The position numbers and the translations under genes are program-made. Below the pieces are notes generated by a model. The model saw only the letters and a program-made list of their open reading frames with translations, had not been told where the DNA came from and ran no database searches. A stretch of 61,321 nt of DNA, counting the filler, from Asterionella formosa (Eukaryota), in the NCBI GenBank assembly GCA_002256025.1. It is 9 parts of 9 records of this genome, joined end to end, with 100 filler letters (N's around TTAATTAATTAA, not from the genome) between each part and the next. Parts side by side here need not be neighbours in the genome. Positions count along the whole stretch, not along the records: positions 6,840 to 13,574 come from NKIB01012625.1; positions 13,675 to 20,404 come from NKIB01012626.1; positions 20,505 to 27,234 come from NKIB01012627.1; 6 more parts are not named here. One strand, 5' to 3'. This document shows, in pieces, positions 11,161 to 22,798 of the stretch. How positions within the stretch are numbered: position 1 is the stretch's first letter; the number at the start of each line of letters is the position of its first letter.

Positions 11161-11540
11161 TATGGGAAAGAGTATCTTAGTAGAGCTCCAACCAAAGAGC
11201 AGGACCAAATGATTATTCTACATTTACATGAAGGAAAGGGTTGGCTGGGGCTTCCTGGTTAATTGGACGTCATGCATTGGGAGTGGAAAAACTGTCCCAA
11301 AGCACACAGAGGAGCGTTTCAAGGAAAAGAAGGAGTGGCAACTATTGCTTTGGAAGCTGTGGTTGAACCATAAATGTTAGGGTTCCGGCACGAGCCACAA
11401 TCTCAACCAATAGAAGTGCTTCTTTTATTTGGCTACGGTCGGAGTCTAATCAACCAATTACCTGATATTTGGTCAATAAGGGGGTCATCCTCAACCAAGA
11501 CCAAAGCATATTTGATCCTGGTCGATGCAGTTGCTAAAAT
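11161..11540 (+). pseudogene. PIF/Harbinger (Plant_tran-type) transposase remnant
   Basis: Translation from 11161: YGKEYLSRAPTKEQ...GLPG*LDVMHWEWKNCPKAHRGAFQGKEGVATIALEAVVEP*. This matches the GSLDCMHWxWKNCPxAWxGxFxGK...TIxLEAV signature and has in-frame stops. Confidence 0.9.
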
Positions 11541-12146
11541 ATTTTTACTTTTTCGACTAACATGATGCATCATGACATGTAATGACCTGCAACTTCGATT
11601 GGCTTGGCATATGGTTGATGCAGTGGCAAGTGGCAATGCTCTAGCTAAGGTAATGAAGCTGACAAAGGATAAAAATCATTGTACTATTCTTTTACTCCGA
11701 GTATCAGGTATCATTTACGGAGTAAGTAATGCGGGGGTAAGTAAGCCAACACTGACGCACAGATTATTCCTTTTGCTTTCGCTGCTGGTGAACAAGAAAT
11801 GCTTGAGAGTATGTCGTGCAATATGTATTATGAATACGGAAAATAATAGGTAATATATGAATCTCATGCTGATTATTACAAACAGTATAGGTTACTGCTA
11901 GCATACCCCTGGTACCCTTATCCTTTCTCACTCTTTCTGTGGGTTGGTGTCGATTTGTGCATGTTTTCTATCAGAGGAGTCATCAACCAACACATCACTC
12001 ATTTGAATGGATAAGTCATCATGGTGGAATCAACTTTTCTTGGGCCCTAATTAGTCATGGGGTTTTGAGGGAAGAGCGAGTAGTGTCCCTTGGGCCCTCC
12101 GGCTTCGAGTTTGCGCATTTGTATCGCATCGGACTCGTCGTTCAAA

Positions 12147-13384
12147 TTAACTCACATTCTCCTGGGCCAAACTTGCACGAAGACTGAGTCTAGTCTTTTC
12201 TCTGGCCTTCTCCGCCGAAAGCTCAACCCACCTTCCCATCTTTAAATTTAAGAAACGTCCTCCACTGGATGTTATTTCGCTGACTATAGCCTTGGCAACC
12301 TCAGTCTTTTCAAGCTTCCGAGAGTGAAAGTACGCATGTTGATTTTGACGAATCAATATACGGAACCTCTTGTTACCAGCTGGTGAAGGAAAACAATCAC
12401 TTTTGTTAGTTGAAAATTTTGAATAGAAAATAAAATATGTCAGCAATCAAAGCCCCAAAACATACCATGTGAGTCTTGGATTCCACCACGACCAAAGAGA
12501 ACGTCGTTGTCGTAGACAGCAATTTCATCAAAAGAAGTCGAATTTTGCTTTGAAGGCACATGGAACCTGAATTTGCCTTCTTTGAGCGATACAAGCTTCT
12601 TCAATGTCGTCTCAGGCAGGGGTGGCACTGAGGAACCAGCTGGTGGTTCGCGTTCTCTCAGGGCCTGGCGCGTCTTTGCTGCAGCAGCCCGTTCACCAAT
12701 ATCGGACCAAAAGGGACTCAAGCAGCGAAGAAAGCGACCACCTGCCCTTTTTACCTCGAATAATATTGTTTGAACAATTTTATTCTCTTTTTCGGCGCTG
12801 TTCGCCATCAAATAGGCATGGTGATAATGGATGACCAAATTTCTGAAGAAAATGTTGCCGGGATGCAAATTTGCGCCTCCCTTCCCACACAGTACGTCAG
12901 ATTTATTAATCTGGAATGACGTGATCAATATACCTGTTAGATCAGAAGACTGAACGTGTTCGGAAATTCTTGGCGACAGCGGAATGAGACCTTTGTCAGA
13001 GGTTGGTGAAGCACGATTTTGATCAAAAAAATCTTCGACTGATGCAATTGATGGAGATGGTGTTGCATACAGTCGCTCAGACATTATCTCATTGATTTGA
13101 AATGACAAGAAAGGGACTGATTCAAGGTCGAAGTGCTTTTCAGGCTCTTCAAATTGAAAATTTGAGCTTGACCACATCCGCTGAGTATCGAAAGCTGGGT
13201 ACAAATTTTCATTGTACAATTGTTGTAGGTGCGACTCATGCTCGTTGCTGCTAATTTCAGAGTTCCAGTGCAGACCCAACTCTTTGCTGTTCCTTTTTCC
13301 GTTCAACATTTTTGATAAGTTCAAGTTTATTCTCTGTTTGTTTGCTTGCTTTCCTTTTATGGAATGTTCGATGTACTCGTGCAT
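12147..13384 (-). CDS. Protein with two DUF6824-like domains (diatom DVLxGRG...HxGNxxFR family); exons 13384-12466 and 12379-12147
   Basis: Domain 1: DVLCGKGGANLHPGNIFFR...GGRFL...AAKTRQALRE. Domain 2: DVLFGRGGIQDSH|AGNKRFR...GGRFL...REKTRLSLR, restored by a GTATG...CAG intron at 12465-12380. Confidence 0.85.
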
Positions 13385-13674
13385 TTTGTGAGGGCATTTA
13401 TTCTAAAGGAAACGATGTTGTATCTCCTGTAGCGATCTTGCCAATTTGCTGGTCTGATGTTTCAGGTACCCGGTAGGCATACGTGCAAAATATTTTTATC
13501 AGCTAAATATATCGATAGAATATCATCGACACACGATTCCACAACGACCAATCAGAATGCAGCATTATTGTATCNNNNNNNNNNNNNNNNNNNNNNNNNN
13601 NNNNNNNNNNNNNNNNNNTTAATTAATTAANNNNNNNNNNNNNNNNNNNNNNNNNNNNNNNNNNNNNNNNNNNN

Positions 13675-13841
13675 CCAGCTGAATCTCTCTCACCTGGTGA
13701 TACTTCATCTCCACTTAGGATTCCTTCAAAACCTTTGTAGCAGGCATAGGCCACAAACTTCGCTTTCCAAACATGCCACTTGGCATCGGTACCATCAAAT
13801 GTTGGCAACCGCACTCCTGACGATTCGTCGTCAATTCCCAT
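13675..13841 (-). CDS. N-terminus of a Copia Gag polyprotein (truncated by scaffold end)
   Basis: MGIDDESSGVRLPTFDGTDAKWHVWKAKFVAYACYKGFEGIL contains the FDG..WxxWKxKF Copia gag start motif and begins 36 nt after an LTR. Confidence 0.85.
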
Positions 13842-13877
13842 CTTGAGTACCCTTTCAAACCTATCCGCTTTAAAGCG

Positions 13878-14033
13878 TGTTGAAATGGTCCGTACTCCTT
13901 CCCGCGGGTTGGGTCTCTCTTCACGTAGACTCTTACGTGATCGTAGTACTACCTAGTACCACTCACTTTCTCTCTTGTCTCTGCTTCTAGCCTTCCTGCT
14001 AGATAGACTAATTGACCTTCCTGTCAATTAACA
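13878..14033 (-). mobile_element. 156-bp 5' LTR of a Copia retrotransposon
   Basis: TGTT...AACA termini, a near-identical second copy at 32439-32592, and position directly upstream of the gag ORF. Confidence 0.9.
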
Positions 14034-14481
14034 CACTGTTTCCTCGGTTGATAATCTAAATCTCAAATTAAATTATAAGCTAAACTAAATGTTTCCTTTC
14101 CATGCATCTTTGCTTCCTGCAAAGTCATTCTAAGACTCTCTTCGAGTTTCCACTTAACATTTCCTTAGAAATCTTCAATCTCTGATCTCGTTAGACAGCT
14201 GATTGACGTGGCAATGCAATATTCGACTCGTTCGATTACAATCGAGTCCACAATCCTTGTGACTCGAGCTAATATTCTTGACAAATAACTACGGTAATTT
14301 GTCGTCGTGCTACCGGTACTTCCTCTCTAAATTTGTTCTTGATATCCCCATGAGATCATTCGCCTCCTACTGCTAGATTGTGTGAATGAAACAAAAGTAA
14401 TTTAATGTTGACCTTCACTTACATGTACTTTTAGTTTACCTTAGTTTACCAAAATTAAATAGACAGAAAACGCTCTTAAGC

Positions 14482-15663
14482 TTAATATGGGACATTGACC
14501 CAACTGAAAATGTTTTCTTTTGCCAACCTTGTATTAATCGTCAATTTCAACCAATGCTGGCCAACTCCGGACCCCTCAACAACAATGCGGGTAAGTTTAG
14601 GAACTTGTGGAGTGTTGTGAATGCCAGCAAGGTTGCAACCGGGATCGGTAGTGGTGGTATTGCTGCTACAACCTTTAACATATGGGACTGTCGTAGTAAC
14701 AAGTGGGCGATCAACCTTGTAGTTGTGGGAATCTCCATTGATCAGCAACACAGGCTTGTTAAAGGCCAAACTGCGTTGTGCAAGTTTCAGAACAAACGAC
14801 TGGTAGTTGGAAAGAGTCGAATTATAGGTGGCTGGTTCATATTTCTCAGTGTCCCACATATCGGCCTGTAGGAGGATCACAACTGCCTTAGCCTGGATGG
14901 AAACTGCGACATCGAAGGCTCTGTCCAGCCAACGGAGATTGGCGTTTGTTCGTGCGTTTCTTTCCTTGAGCTGAGCATCATTGTCAGTAAAAGGAGCTGT
15001 CCAAGAATCGGCATCGTTGTTAGATCCTCCGGGCATGTTGAAGGTAGCAAACAAAACCCGGTCGGGGACTTTGTCCGACCACATGACGTTCTCAACGAAC
15101 TGAGCATCGTCAGGGTATAATTTGTTATAGGCAATTCCTTGGCTTGTTACCATCTTGGCACCACCTAGAGTCCAACCTGGTTTAGCAAAGAAGAGTTCAC
15201 GGACACTTGCCAGCTCAGCCAGAGGTGCACCACTGCTGAACTGCTTCGTCTTGTGGCAGTCGCCCCATTCGTTGTCACCAGGAGTGTAAACGACTGGCGC
15301 CTTGAACTTTTGGAACGCATTGTAAACGTGGATGTTGAAATGTGGATCCGTCTTGATGACCCCGCTAAAAACAGTACCATTGCCGGTTACGAGGCCATTG
15401 CCACCACCCGCGTTGTTGGAGTAGGTGAGCCCAGCGCCAGTGCAAGGCATGCTGCCAGAATGAATATCACCAACATGGACGAGAGTCTTCACATCCACGT
15501 CGCTGTTGATAGAATTCACGAGAGTCTGGCTATCCTTGAGGAGCGTCAGGCTGTAGGGCCAGTCACCAATCACAGCATAAGCATAGGTCGTGGCAGCAGA
15601 TGCTGTCGAGAGGAAGGCGAGGTTCGCAATGAGAACGGTGTTGGTTGACAAGGAAAGCTTCAT
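14482..15663 (-). CDS. Secreted calcineurin-like metallophosphoesterase (bacterial-type, intronless)
   Basis: Signal peptide MKLSLS...STASA. Metallophosphoesterase motifs IGDWPY, HVGDIHSG, PGDNEW and NGDSH. Confidence 0.9.
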   Translation of the reverse strand: MKLSLSTNTVLIANLAFLSTASAATTYAYAVIGDWPYSLTLLKDSQTLVNSINSDVDVKTLVHVGDIHSGSMPCTGAGLTYSNNAGGGNGLVTGNGTVFSGVIKTDPHFNIHVYNAFQKFKAPVVYTPGDNEWGDCHKTKQFSSGAPLAELASVRELFFAKPGWTLGGAKMVTSQGIAYNKLYPDDAQFVENVMWSDKVPDRVLFATFNMPGGSNNDADSWTAPFTDNDAQLKERNARTNANLRWLDRAFDVAVSIQAKAVVILLQADMWDTEKYEPATYNSTLSNYQSFVLKLAQRSLAFNKPVLLINGDSHNYKVDRPLVTTTVPYVKGCSSNTTTTDPGCNLAGIHNTPQVPKLTRIVVEGSGVGQHWLKLTINTRLAKENIFSWVNVPY

Positions 15664-16499
15664 GATTTCGATTGGCCTGTTCTTCAACTTTATGAAGTTG
15701 AAGATGTGTCCCCCTCAAATCTTCCCCTTTTATTGTTCGTCACTGGATCGCTTCCATCGTATCTTATATACCGCTCTCCGGTTCCAGGGTGGGTACCAGG
15801 TACCGGGTACCAGCTACTGTAATTGTTGGATCGAATCTTTTTGAATCTTTCCCCAAATCTATTTGGGACTTATAAGATTCTTGTTGATCTTAAAAAATTT
15901 GTCGAATCTTCACCATTCCTCGTTGCGTCTTGGCTGCTTGATGGCTGGCTGATGGTGGTACCAGGTACCACGGTATTATTGATGGTCCGGCAAGCTACAA
16001 GAAGCAAAACTCGAGGCTTCTGCTCCAATGCATTCTGGAATGTTCGGGAATTTCTAATTAATAAAAAAAATTTAATGGTATGAGTCATGTATCAACAAAC
16101 CGTCTGGTGCTAAATGATTTGTGTGAGGTTGATGAAAATAAAATGCCGGCATATATACAGGTATACGGTACCTGGTAACGGAGTAAAAAATGCCATGAGC
16201 CAGTGAGATACCAGTAAGGTGTTCGTTTGACTCCTCCGACTAAAAGAAAATTCTACCAAATTGCTGACCCATTTGATTGATTGTGTCAGAGCAGCATCAA
16301 TCAATCAAGCTGTCATGTTAAAATATTGATTGAATGATTTCATCAGAAGATACGATGATTATAAACAGCTAAAAAGTGATTTCAATTGGTCATGGTGGTA
16401 TTTAATTTCTTTCTGGATAAATGTAGAGGTCTGTTTTGATCACTTCCATCATTGTTTGTTGTTCTGCACTATTGTTTTGGTTCTGTTGCATCTATCTAC

Positions 16500-17243
16500 A
16501 CATAGTACAATATATGTGTCAATGCCTACTCTTTGATGATTGTTGTTGATCATATGCGTTGATTTGTATAGTTGTTGACCAATGTGCTTTGCTACCTTTC
16601 TACCACTATGATTTCTATGTATCAATAGTTAGGTAGAGGGAGTTGATAGTCCTGGAGCCGCCTGGAAATCACGCTTGCTCAGAATGATCAGAGTTATTTG
16701 GTGGGAGGAATGACGACTGTGGCAGAAAGGCTGCTACTGGTGTCAGGCTACTACAGCGATGTGCATGGTTGCAGCAACCAGATCATCTACACTACATAAT
16801 GATGCAGGTCTAAATTGGGTTCAGCTTTTTTTCTTCTTCTTTCAATCTTTGATTGTGTGGTGATAGAAAGTCAATGTCGCCTTTGTAAGTACTGCTACAA
16901 TGTCACAATACATATGTCTCCATTGAAACTAATATTTTTTACTTCACTTCTAACCCAAAACAATTTTTTCTCTCATTTGATGATACTTTTTACCTTGCAT
17001 AACATTCTTTGGTTGCCAATTGATGTTGCATGTCACAATCATTCTCGTTTGTTTCACGCTTGTTTTACCATTTTTATGTATATTAATTACCATTATTCTG
17101 GCTGTCATGCAGAAATCTTGTATTTTGATGCCGAAAAATTCGATTGCCCCATATTGCCCCTAAAAGAATTACTTAAGAAATTACATGGAGCATAACAATT
17201 ACTTAGAAGTACCCGAGTGGCAATGCGATAGCTGGAGCGGGAA
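16500..17243 (+). mobile_element. Right half of the GGCAATTC-TIR non-autonomous element
   Basis: Colinear with ~26120-26875 (GGAGC..CTGG.AATCACGCTTGCTCAGAATG; TTGGGTTCAGCTTTTTTCTTCTTCTTTC; TTAGAAGTACCCGA.TGGCAA..CGATAGCTGGAGCGGGAA). Confidence 0.85.
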
Positions 17244-17279
17244 CTTATGTTAATCTCTTCATACATAAATATACAGGTA

Positions 17280-20200
17280 TGTTGATCAGACCGATCGAAA
17301 TTCTGACGTGGTCACCTCGACAGAATTCTTCTTCCCGATTTTCCTAGGAACTAAACATTGCATGGTTTACAACACTTTGTAATTTTAGTTTGTGTTTTCT
17401 CCTTCTTTGATCGTCGCTTCAAACTCTTTGTATTCCTCGTGAGCCTCTTCAATCGTTAGCGTGTTTGTTGAGATCGGAACAGTTTATCAGACCCAGCGCA
17501 CTCGAAAGAGGGAAGAGAAGGTTCGAGAAGAATCGAACGATAGCAACTGCGATTGCGCCATTGTGAGCAACAAGTGCCGGAAGTTGCGTCGGTGACAAGC
17601 ACAATAAAAAGTCACAGTATCTCACTGTCTAAACAGCAGATCATCCAACTTTGGAGTGACAGCTCAAAGGGGCTGTAAGACACAGGGTGTCATCGTTCAC
17701 ACATTTTGTCATTGTGACATAAAATCCCATCGGAAGAGGGATTGTGTGCTGGTGTTGTTGGATAGATTCCACTCATCAAAGAACATATATAAAGTCGGCA
17801 TGGCCGAACAGAACGACGATCGCCCAGGCGAAAGAGAGCATTTTAAAAATGCACTGATCCACGTGGTGCAATTAAATGAAGCACAAGCAGATCGTTTGAT
17901 AATGCAAGACATTTCAATGTCATCCGAGCTCTCATATGTTGATGACGAGACTCTTATGTTATGTTTCCAAGCTAATAATCGTCCTACAGCTGGAAAGAAA
18001 ATGCGACTGATGGCATTTAAGATGTGGATCAGAGAACAACAGGCAAATGAAGGTTTCGGAAATGTATCTTCAAACTATTTTACAAATGAAGAACTAACAA
18101 AAATGCTTGAACAGGTTGGAAATGGCCAAAAACGCACCATTGACGCCTCACAAAGAAACAATGTCCGTGATATTAAAGAACCTGAACCATGGCTTGGCAA
18201 ACCACAAGATTGGCGTAAGCGAAAACGAGAGCTCATTGCTTATATGGCTAAACGCCGCAATCGCAACCATGTCCCTTTTCTTTACCTCATAAGAGAAGAA
18301 CAAGGATATATTGAAACTGATGACAATGACATGAGTGTGATCATCAGGGATACCCCACATCACGGAAGTGTCTATCAAGCAGACAACTATGAATTCTTCC
18401 AAGTGTTAATTAGCTGGACAAGTGGTGGCACGATGGAAGCACTTGTTGACCGTTACCGTTCCACCCAGGATGGGAGATCAGCATGGCAGATGATTATAAC
18501 GATGATGGATGGTCAAGATTCACGCAATGCTAGGATTAAGGATGCAGATGCGAGAATTGATAATGCATTCTACAGAGAAGACAGATCTCAATTCACATTC
18601 GAACAATATTGCGCAGTTCATATAACTTCCAACATTGAAATGGAAGAATTAAATGTCCAACGTGATGGTTTTACACAAGTTCGTAAATTTCTGGATGGTA
18701 TCAAACACCAGAGCATGCAAGGACTTAAATTCCTAATAATGGACAACGAAAAAACAAAAGCAGACCTCCAAGCTGCAGTAATCAAAATGAAGGACCTCTG
18801 GAACCAGTCAAAGGCTGCTGCTGCCTCATCCTCAAACACACGTAATCGTGACGAACGAAGTATAGGCAACGCAAACTTCCGCGCATTCAGGGGTGGCGGC
18901 CGAGGTCGAGACAACAATAGAGGACGAGGTGGCTACTATAGAGGTGGACGATACCACAACAACAGTCCAAGGGGAGGACGTGGTGGCCGCAACAATACAG
19001 CAGCTTCACCAGGTCGAGGTCGTGGACGAGACCAAGGAACTGACTATATCCCTCAGGAGGTGCTGGATTCCTTAACCCCACTACAAAGACGATACATGCT
19101 GCAAGGTCGCAATGCTCTCCGACAAGCTGACATAGCCAACCCAGGTATGGCAACAACTACACGCACAGTCGGAGCAATTACAACTGATACAACAGCTGAC
19201 AATTCTTCCATGGTCAGCGGCATCTCACAAAATACCCTTCCATCAGGGGTACCACATCCCAACATGCCGGGAACACCATCAGGAGCAGCACAACGGTTTG
19301 GTCATCGCAATACAATGGGTGCCATCATGTCCAGCAATCGCCACATTGGCAAAATCAACAAAATACTAGAGTCAGATGATTACATTGGCCGGTATAAGGC
19401 TGAAATTGATACTCGAGCTGATACTGTATGTGCAGGCCAAGGGTTTGCTCTCATACATCACACAGGTCGCATCGCTGATGTTAGCGGCTTTCATAGCGAT
19501 CTTGGTGCAATAACGGGTGTTCCTATTGCGCAAGTTGCAACAGCATATGACACTGCTGAACACGAAACATTCATACTGGTCTTCAATGAAGCCCTCTATT
19601 TTGGACAAACAATGGAGACATCCCTGATTCCACCACAACAGGTGTGTGACAATGGCTTGGTTTGTGATCCACTCCCTCGCCAGTATTCACGTAATTCGAT
19701 CCATGGAATAGAAGATCCCTCATCTGGGCTCATAATTCCATTTCAACTCCATGGTTGTATATCATACTTTCCAGTCAGACTACCCACAGAAGATGAATTG
19801 AAACAATGCCGTTGGATAGAAATGACAAGCCAACAAGAATGGAATCCGTATGACACCCGTTTTATTGAACAGGAGCGCCCGCACTTATCACATCCCCACC
19901 GCATTAACATGGTGTCTGTCACATCTTCTCAAGTAGGTGATTCCCCAACTGACATCCCATATGACTTTCTACAAAATAGATTTGTTGCCAACACGTCTAG
20001 TATGGACCGCCGATCCCAAATCGACAATGCTACTCTTGCACGACGTTGGGGAATCAGTGAATCTTTGGCTAAGAACACTATGGATACAACTACACAAAAA
20101 GGCATGCGCTATGTTGACGACCAGTTTACTCGCCGCTTCCACACAAGACAGGCACATCTAAGTTATCCCCATCTCCGTTCTGGCGTATTCACTGACACAT

Positions 20201-20404
20201 TGTTTAATGAAATCACCAGCATCCGTGGTAACACGTGTGCACAGTTGTTTGTCACAGATGGTGGTCACGCACGTACCTACCCTCTCACAAATAAAGGTCA
20301 AGCTTTTGACAAACTTGACCTCTATTGTTCCACTGTTGGCATTCCTAAGTACCTAGTCTCTGACAATGCTGGAGAAGAAACTGGTTCAGACTGGGAACGT
20401 GTTA
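17280..20404 (+). mobile_element. CoDi-type (diatom Ty1/Copia) LTR retrotransposon, 5' part
   Basis: Candidate short LTR TGTTG(17280)...CAACA(17374), boundaries uncertain, followed by a long leader and an intact polyprotein ORF. Confidence 0.8.
17800..20404 (+). CDS. Copia Gag-protease-integrase polyprotein (truncated by scaffold end)
   Basis: Gag with an RGG-rich tract; aspartic protease AEIDTRADTVCAG...LVFNEALYFG...SLI; then TLARRWGIS...TTQKG and integrase core FTDTLF...LVSDNAGEE. Integrase follows protease directly, which is the Copia order. Confidence 0.92.
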
Positions 20405-22798
20405 NNNNNNNNNNNNNNNNNNNNNNNNNNNNNNNNNNNNNNNNNNNNTTAATTAATTAANNNNNNNNNNNNNNNNNNNNNNNNNNNNNNNNNNNNNNNN
20501 NNNNGAACGCGGGATTCAGGGCTTCTCTATTGAAGTCGGCCTCGCGAACGATGATTCCGTGGTGCAATGCTTCGTCGTCGTTCACGTCTCCATCAATCAT
20601 TCTGGCAAGATGAAATTCAGATTTCAATCAACAAGGAGGAGCACCGAGGCACTAGAATCGACGCAAAAGAATAGGTAATCAAAACAGATGCTGGGTCCGC
20701 TTTGCTGGACCCATGAGCTACCTTGCGATGCATGTGATTGGTTTCATACGGAGTAGTCTACCCGATGGTAATATGAGGTATGTACAGGTTTTTCTTCATG
20801 TCACAGTTGTATCGTGTCCTTAATTATTATTAATGCATACAATGTAAACCGGTCGTAAACATCTGCTGATTTTATTCTTCCAGTTTGTTCTATTTTACCG
20901 GTCGTACGTGGCACCTACAAGTTGTGGTCATTTTGCTTAAATAAACAATTTAATATGGGATAAAGGAAGCTAAAATATTTAGCTTCGGCACAATTACAGC
21001 ATGAACTTGCTGGTATACCTGGTACGGAGTGTAGGTCGTAGTTGTACCCTACATTTAGCAGCATGTAAATATGATTTACAGCATGGGGTCGGGTCTATCG
21101 ATAATAGTTCCGGTACCTGGTACCAGGTACCGGTAGACAGTTTTGTATAGCTACCGGTATATATATATATATTTCGAACACAAGGAATTATTCGTGGTAG
21201 AAAATCGATTCCTTGCTACGCTTCTTAACATAATGTACAGTGGTAATGGCCTCTTACTATCGCATAATAAGGATCACATATGTACCGGTATTTATAGATC
21301 ATGTAGCGGCAGTAGACCCTACAGTGCAATAGTCATGGTCACAATCTTCTTTCACATCATCATTATGACTGTTGATACGAACCCTACTGGAAAATAATAG
21401 GTTGAACAATACATGTTACCCCTGTAACTTGCATTGCACAGAGGAATGCAGGCAGAAACAGAAGGAAAAGGGGAAAAGTTGTACACTTTTTATTCTAAGA
21501 AAAGTATAGAAAAGCTACCATATTACATGGTATGGCATGAATTGAGAATTGCTTCAACAACAGTAAATTCCTATGTAAAAACTTGAAACCATTAGCATAT
21601 AGTGCGTATGATTCATTTATCTAAGAAAACCAATCATTTTACATGATGACAGCCTAAAATTATAGGTGAAAAATAAATAGACAATGGAGCAAATCATCAT
21701 CTTTGCATATTTCTGCTTCAATGGTTTTGTTTGACTAGTCCTCACCATAGAGAGATGACTGTCACTGTTTCTTTCTTCAGCGTTTTTGTCAAAGTGGAGC
21801 CAGCCTGAAAAAAGATTGGGATTGTGATACCGAAAACAACAGACATGGAAGTCATCACTGCGTGCTGATTGATGACCTAGAACGAAGAAGAGATACTTCC
21901 ACTATCAGCTACCACACCTTGGCAACTAGATAATCATAGCATCTGAGGCTGGAATAACAGAATTGAACAATTACTTGTTCTACTTCTCAAATTTAGTAGA
22001 TAGAATCTCCAAATTAGATATGTCAAGTTAATCGAAATCATCAATAGAGCCAGGCATGTGGAATTGCAAGTATCCATGTTTGTTAATACTCCCTCTGTTC
22101 AACTAAAGTTGCGATCAAACTTTAGGTCACTGCCTCTCATGAAGTGGAACCTCAAATAATTCTCCGGCTAACAGCCCCTGTTCTAAGTTGTATAGAACTA
22201 GGTGAATCTAACCTTGATTTGTGGCGAGTTTTTGTAGAATTGTGCCCTGTTAAAGGAAGTTTGCCCCCCTTTCTCACTGACCCTTGATTAGTCAATATAC
22301 TCAAGAAGAAGGATCAAACACCAGAACAGCTACAAAACATAGCCGAAAGCTGGTTTCGCAGCCTCAAAAGGGAGGCTGATGCGACTGTTGACATGGATGG
22401 ACAGCTCATCATAAATCCGGGCGTATATTATTCGAGCTCTATAGAACGAAATAAACATTTTTTGTCCAGAAATGCATGGTCGTTACCGGTAATTTATTTA
22501 GCAGCTAAGTCTCTTTGATACTGGTAGCAGTACCATAGCCGATATGACACACGAATGGTTACGTCAGTAAAGAACTGAAAAACAATGCTGCGAATCTATT
22601 TGTTTTCTTGAAGGCATATCTAGTAAGTAGGTATATACTGAAGGTAATATACGACCGAGGGTGGAGACTGCCTGCAAGTATTCTTTTGTTGGAGGCTTGG
22701 GAGGCGCGAGTAGGTTGACCTTCTTGCAGCATTTGCAGCATTGGCCGAGTAAACAAGATTACGAGTAGGCAGACTCTTCCCAAGTAGGGTTTTACCTA

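Noticed and set aside
14037..14159. Second TGTT...AACA segment as another LTR
   Set aside because: No second copy, TSD or PBS in the window, and it overlaps the expected TSD of the adjacent LTR.
20505..20732. 5' end of a minus-strand gene (MIDGDVNDDEALHHGIIVREADF...)
   Set aside because: Only ~32 codons before the scaffold end, too little to support or name.
21740..22450. Decayed coding-like sequence (...LVNILKKKDQTPEQLQNIAESWFRSLKREAD...)
   Set aside because: Multiple stops and no recognisable family; cannot be supported as a named pseudogene.
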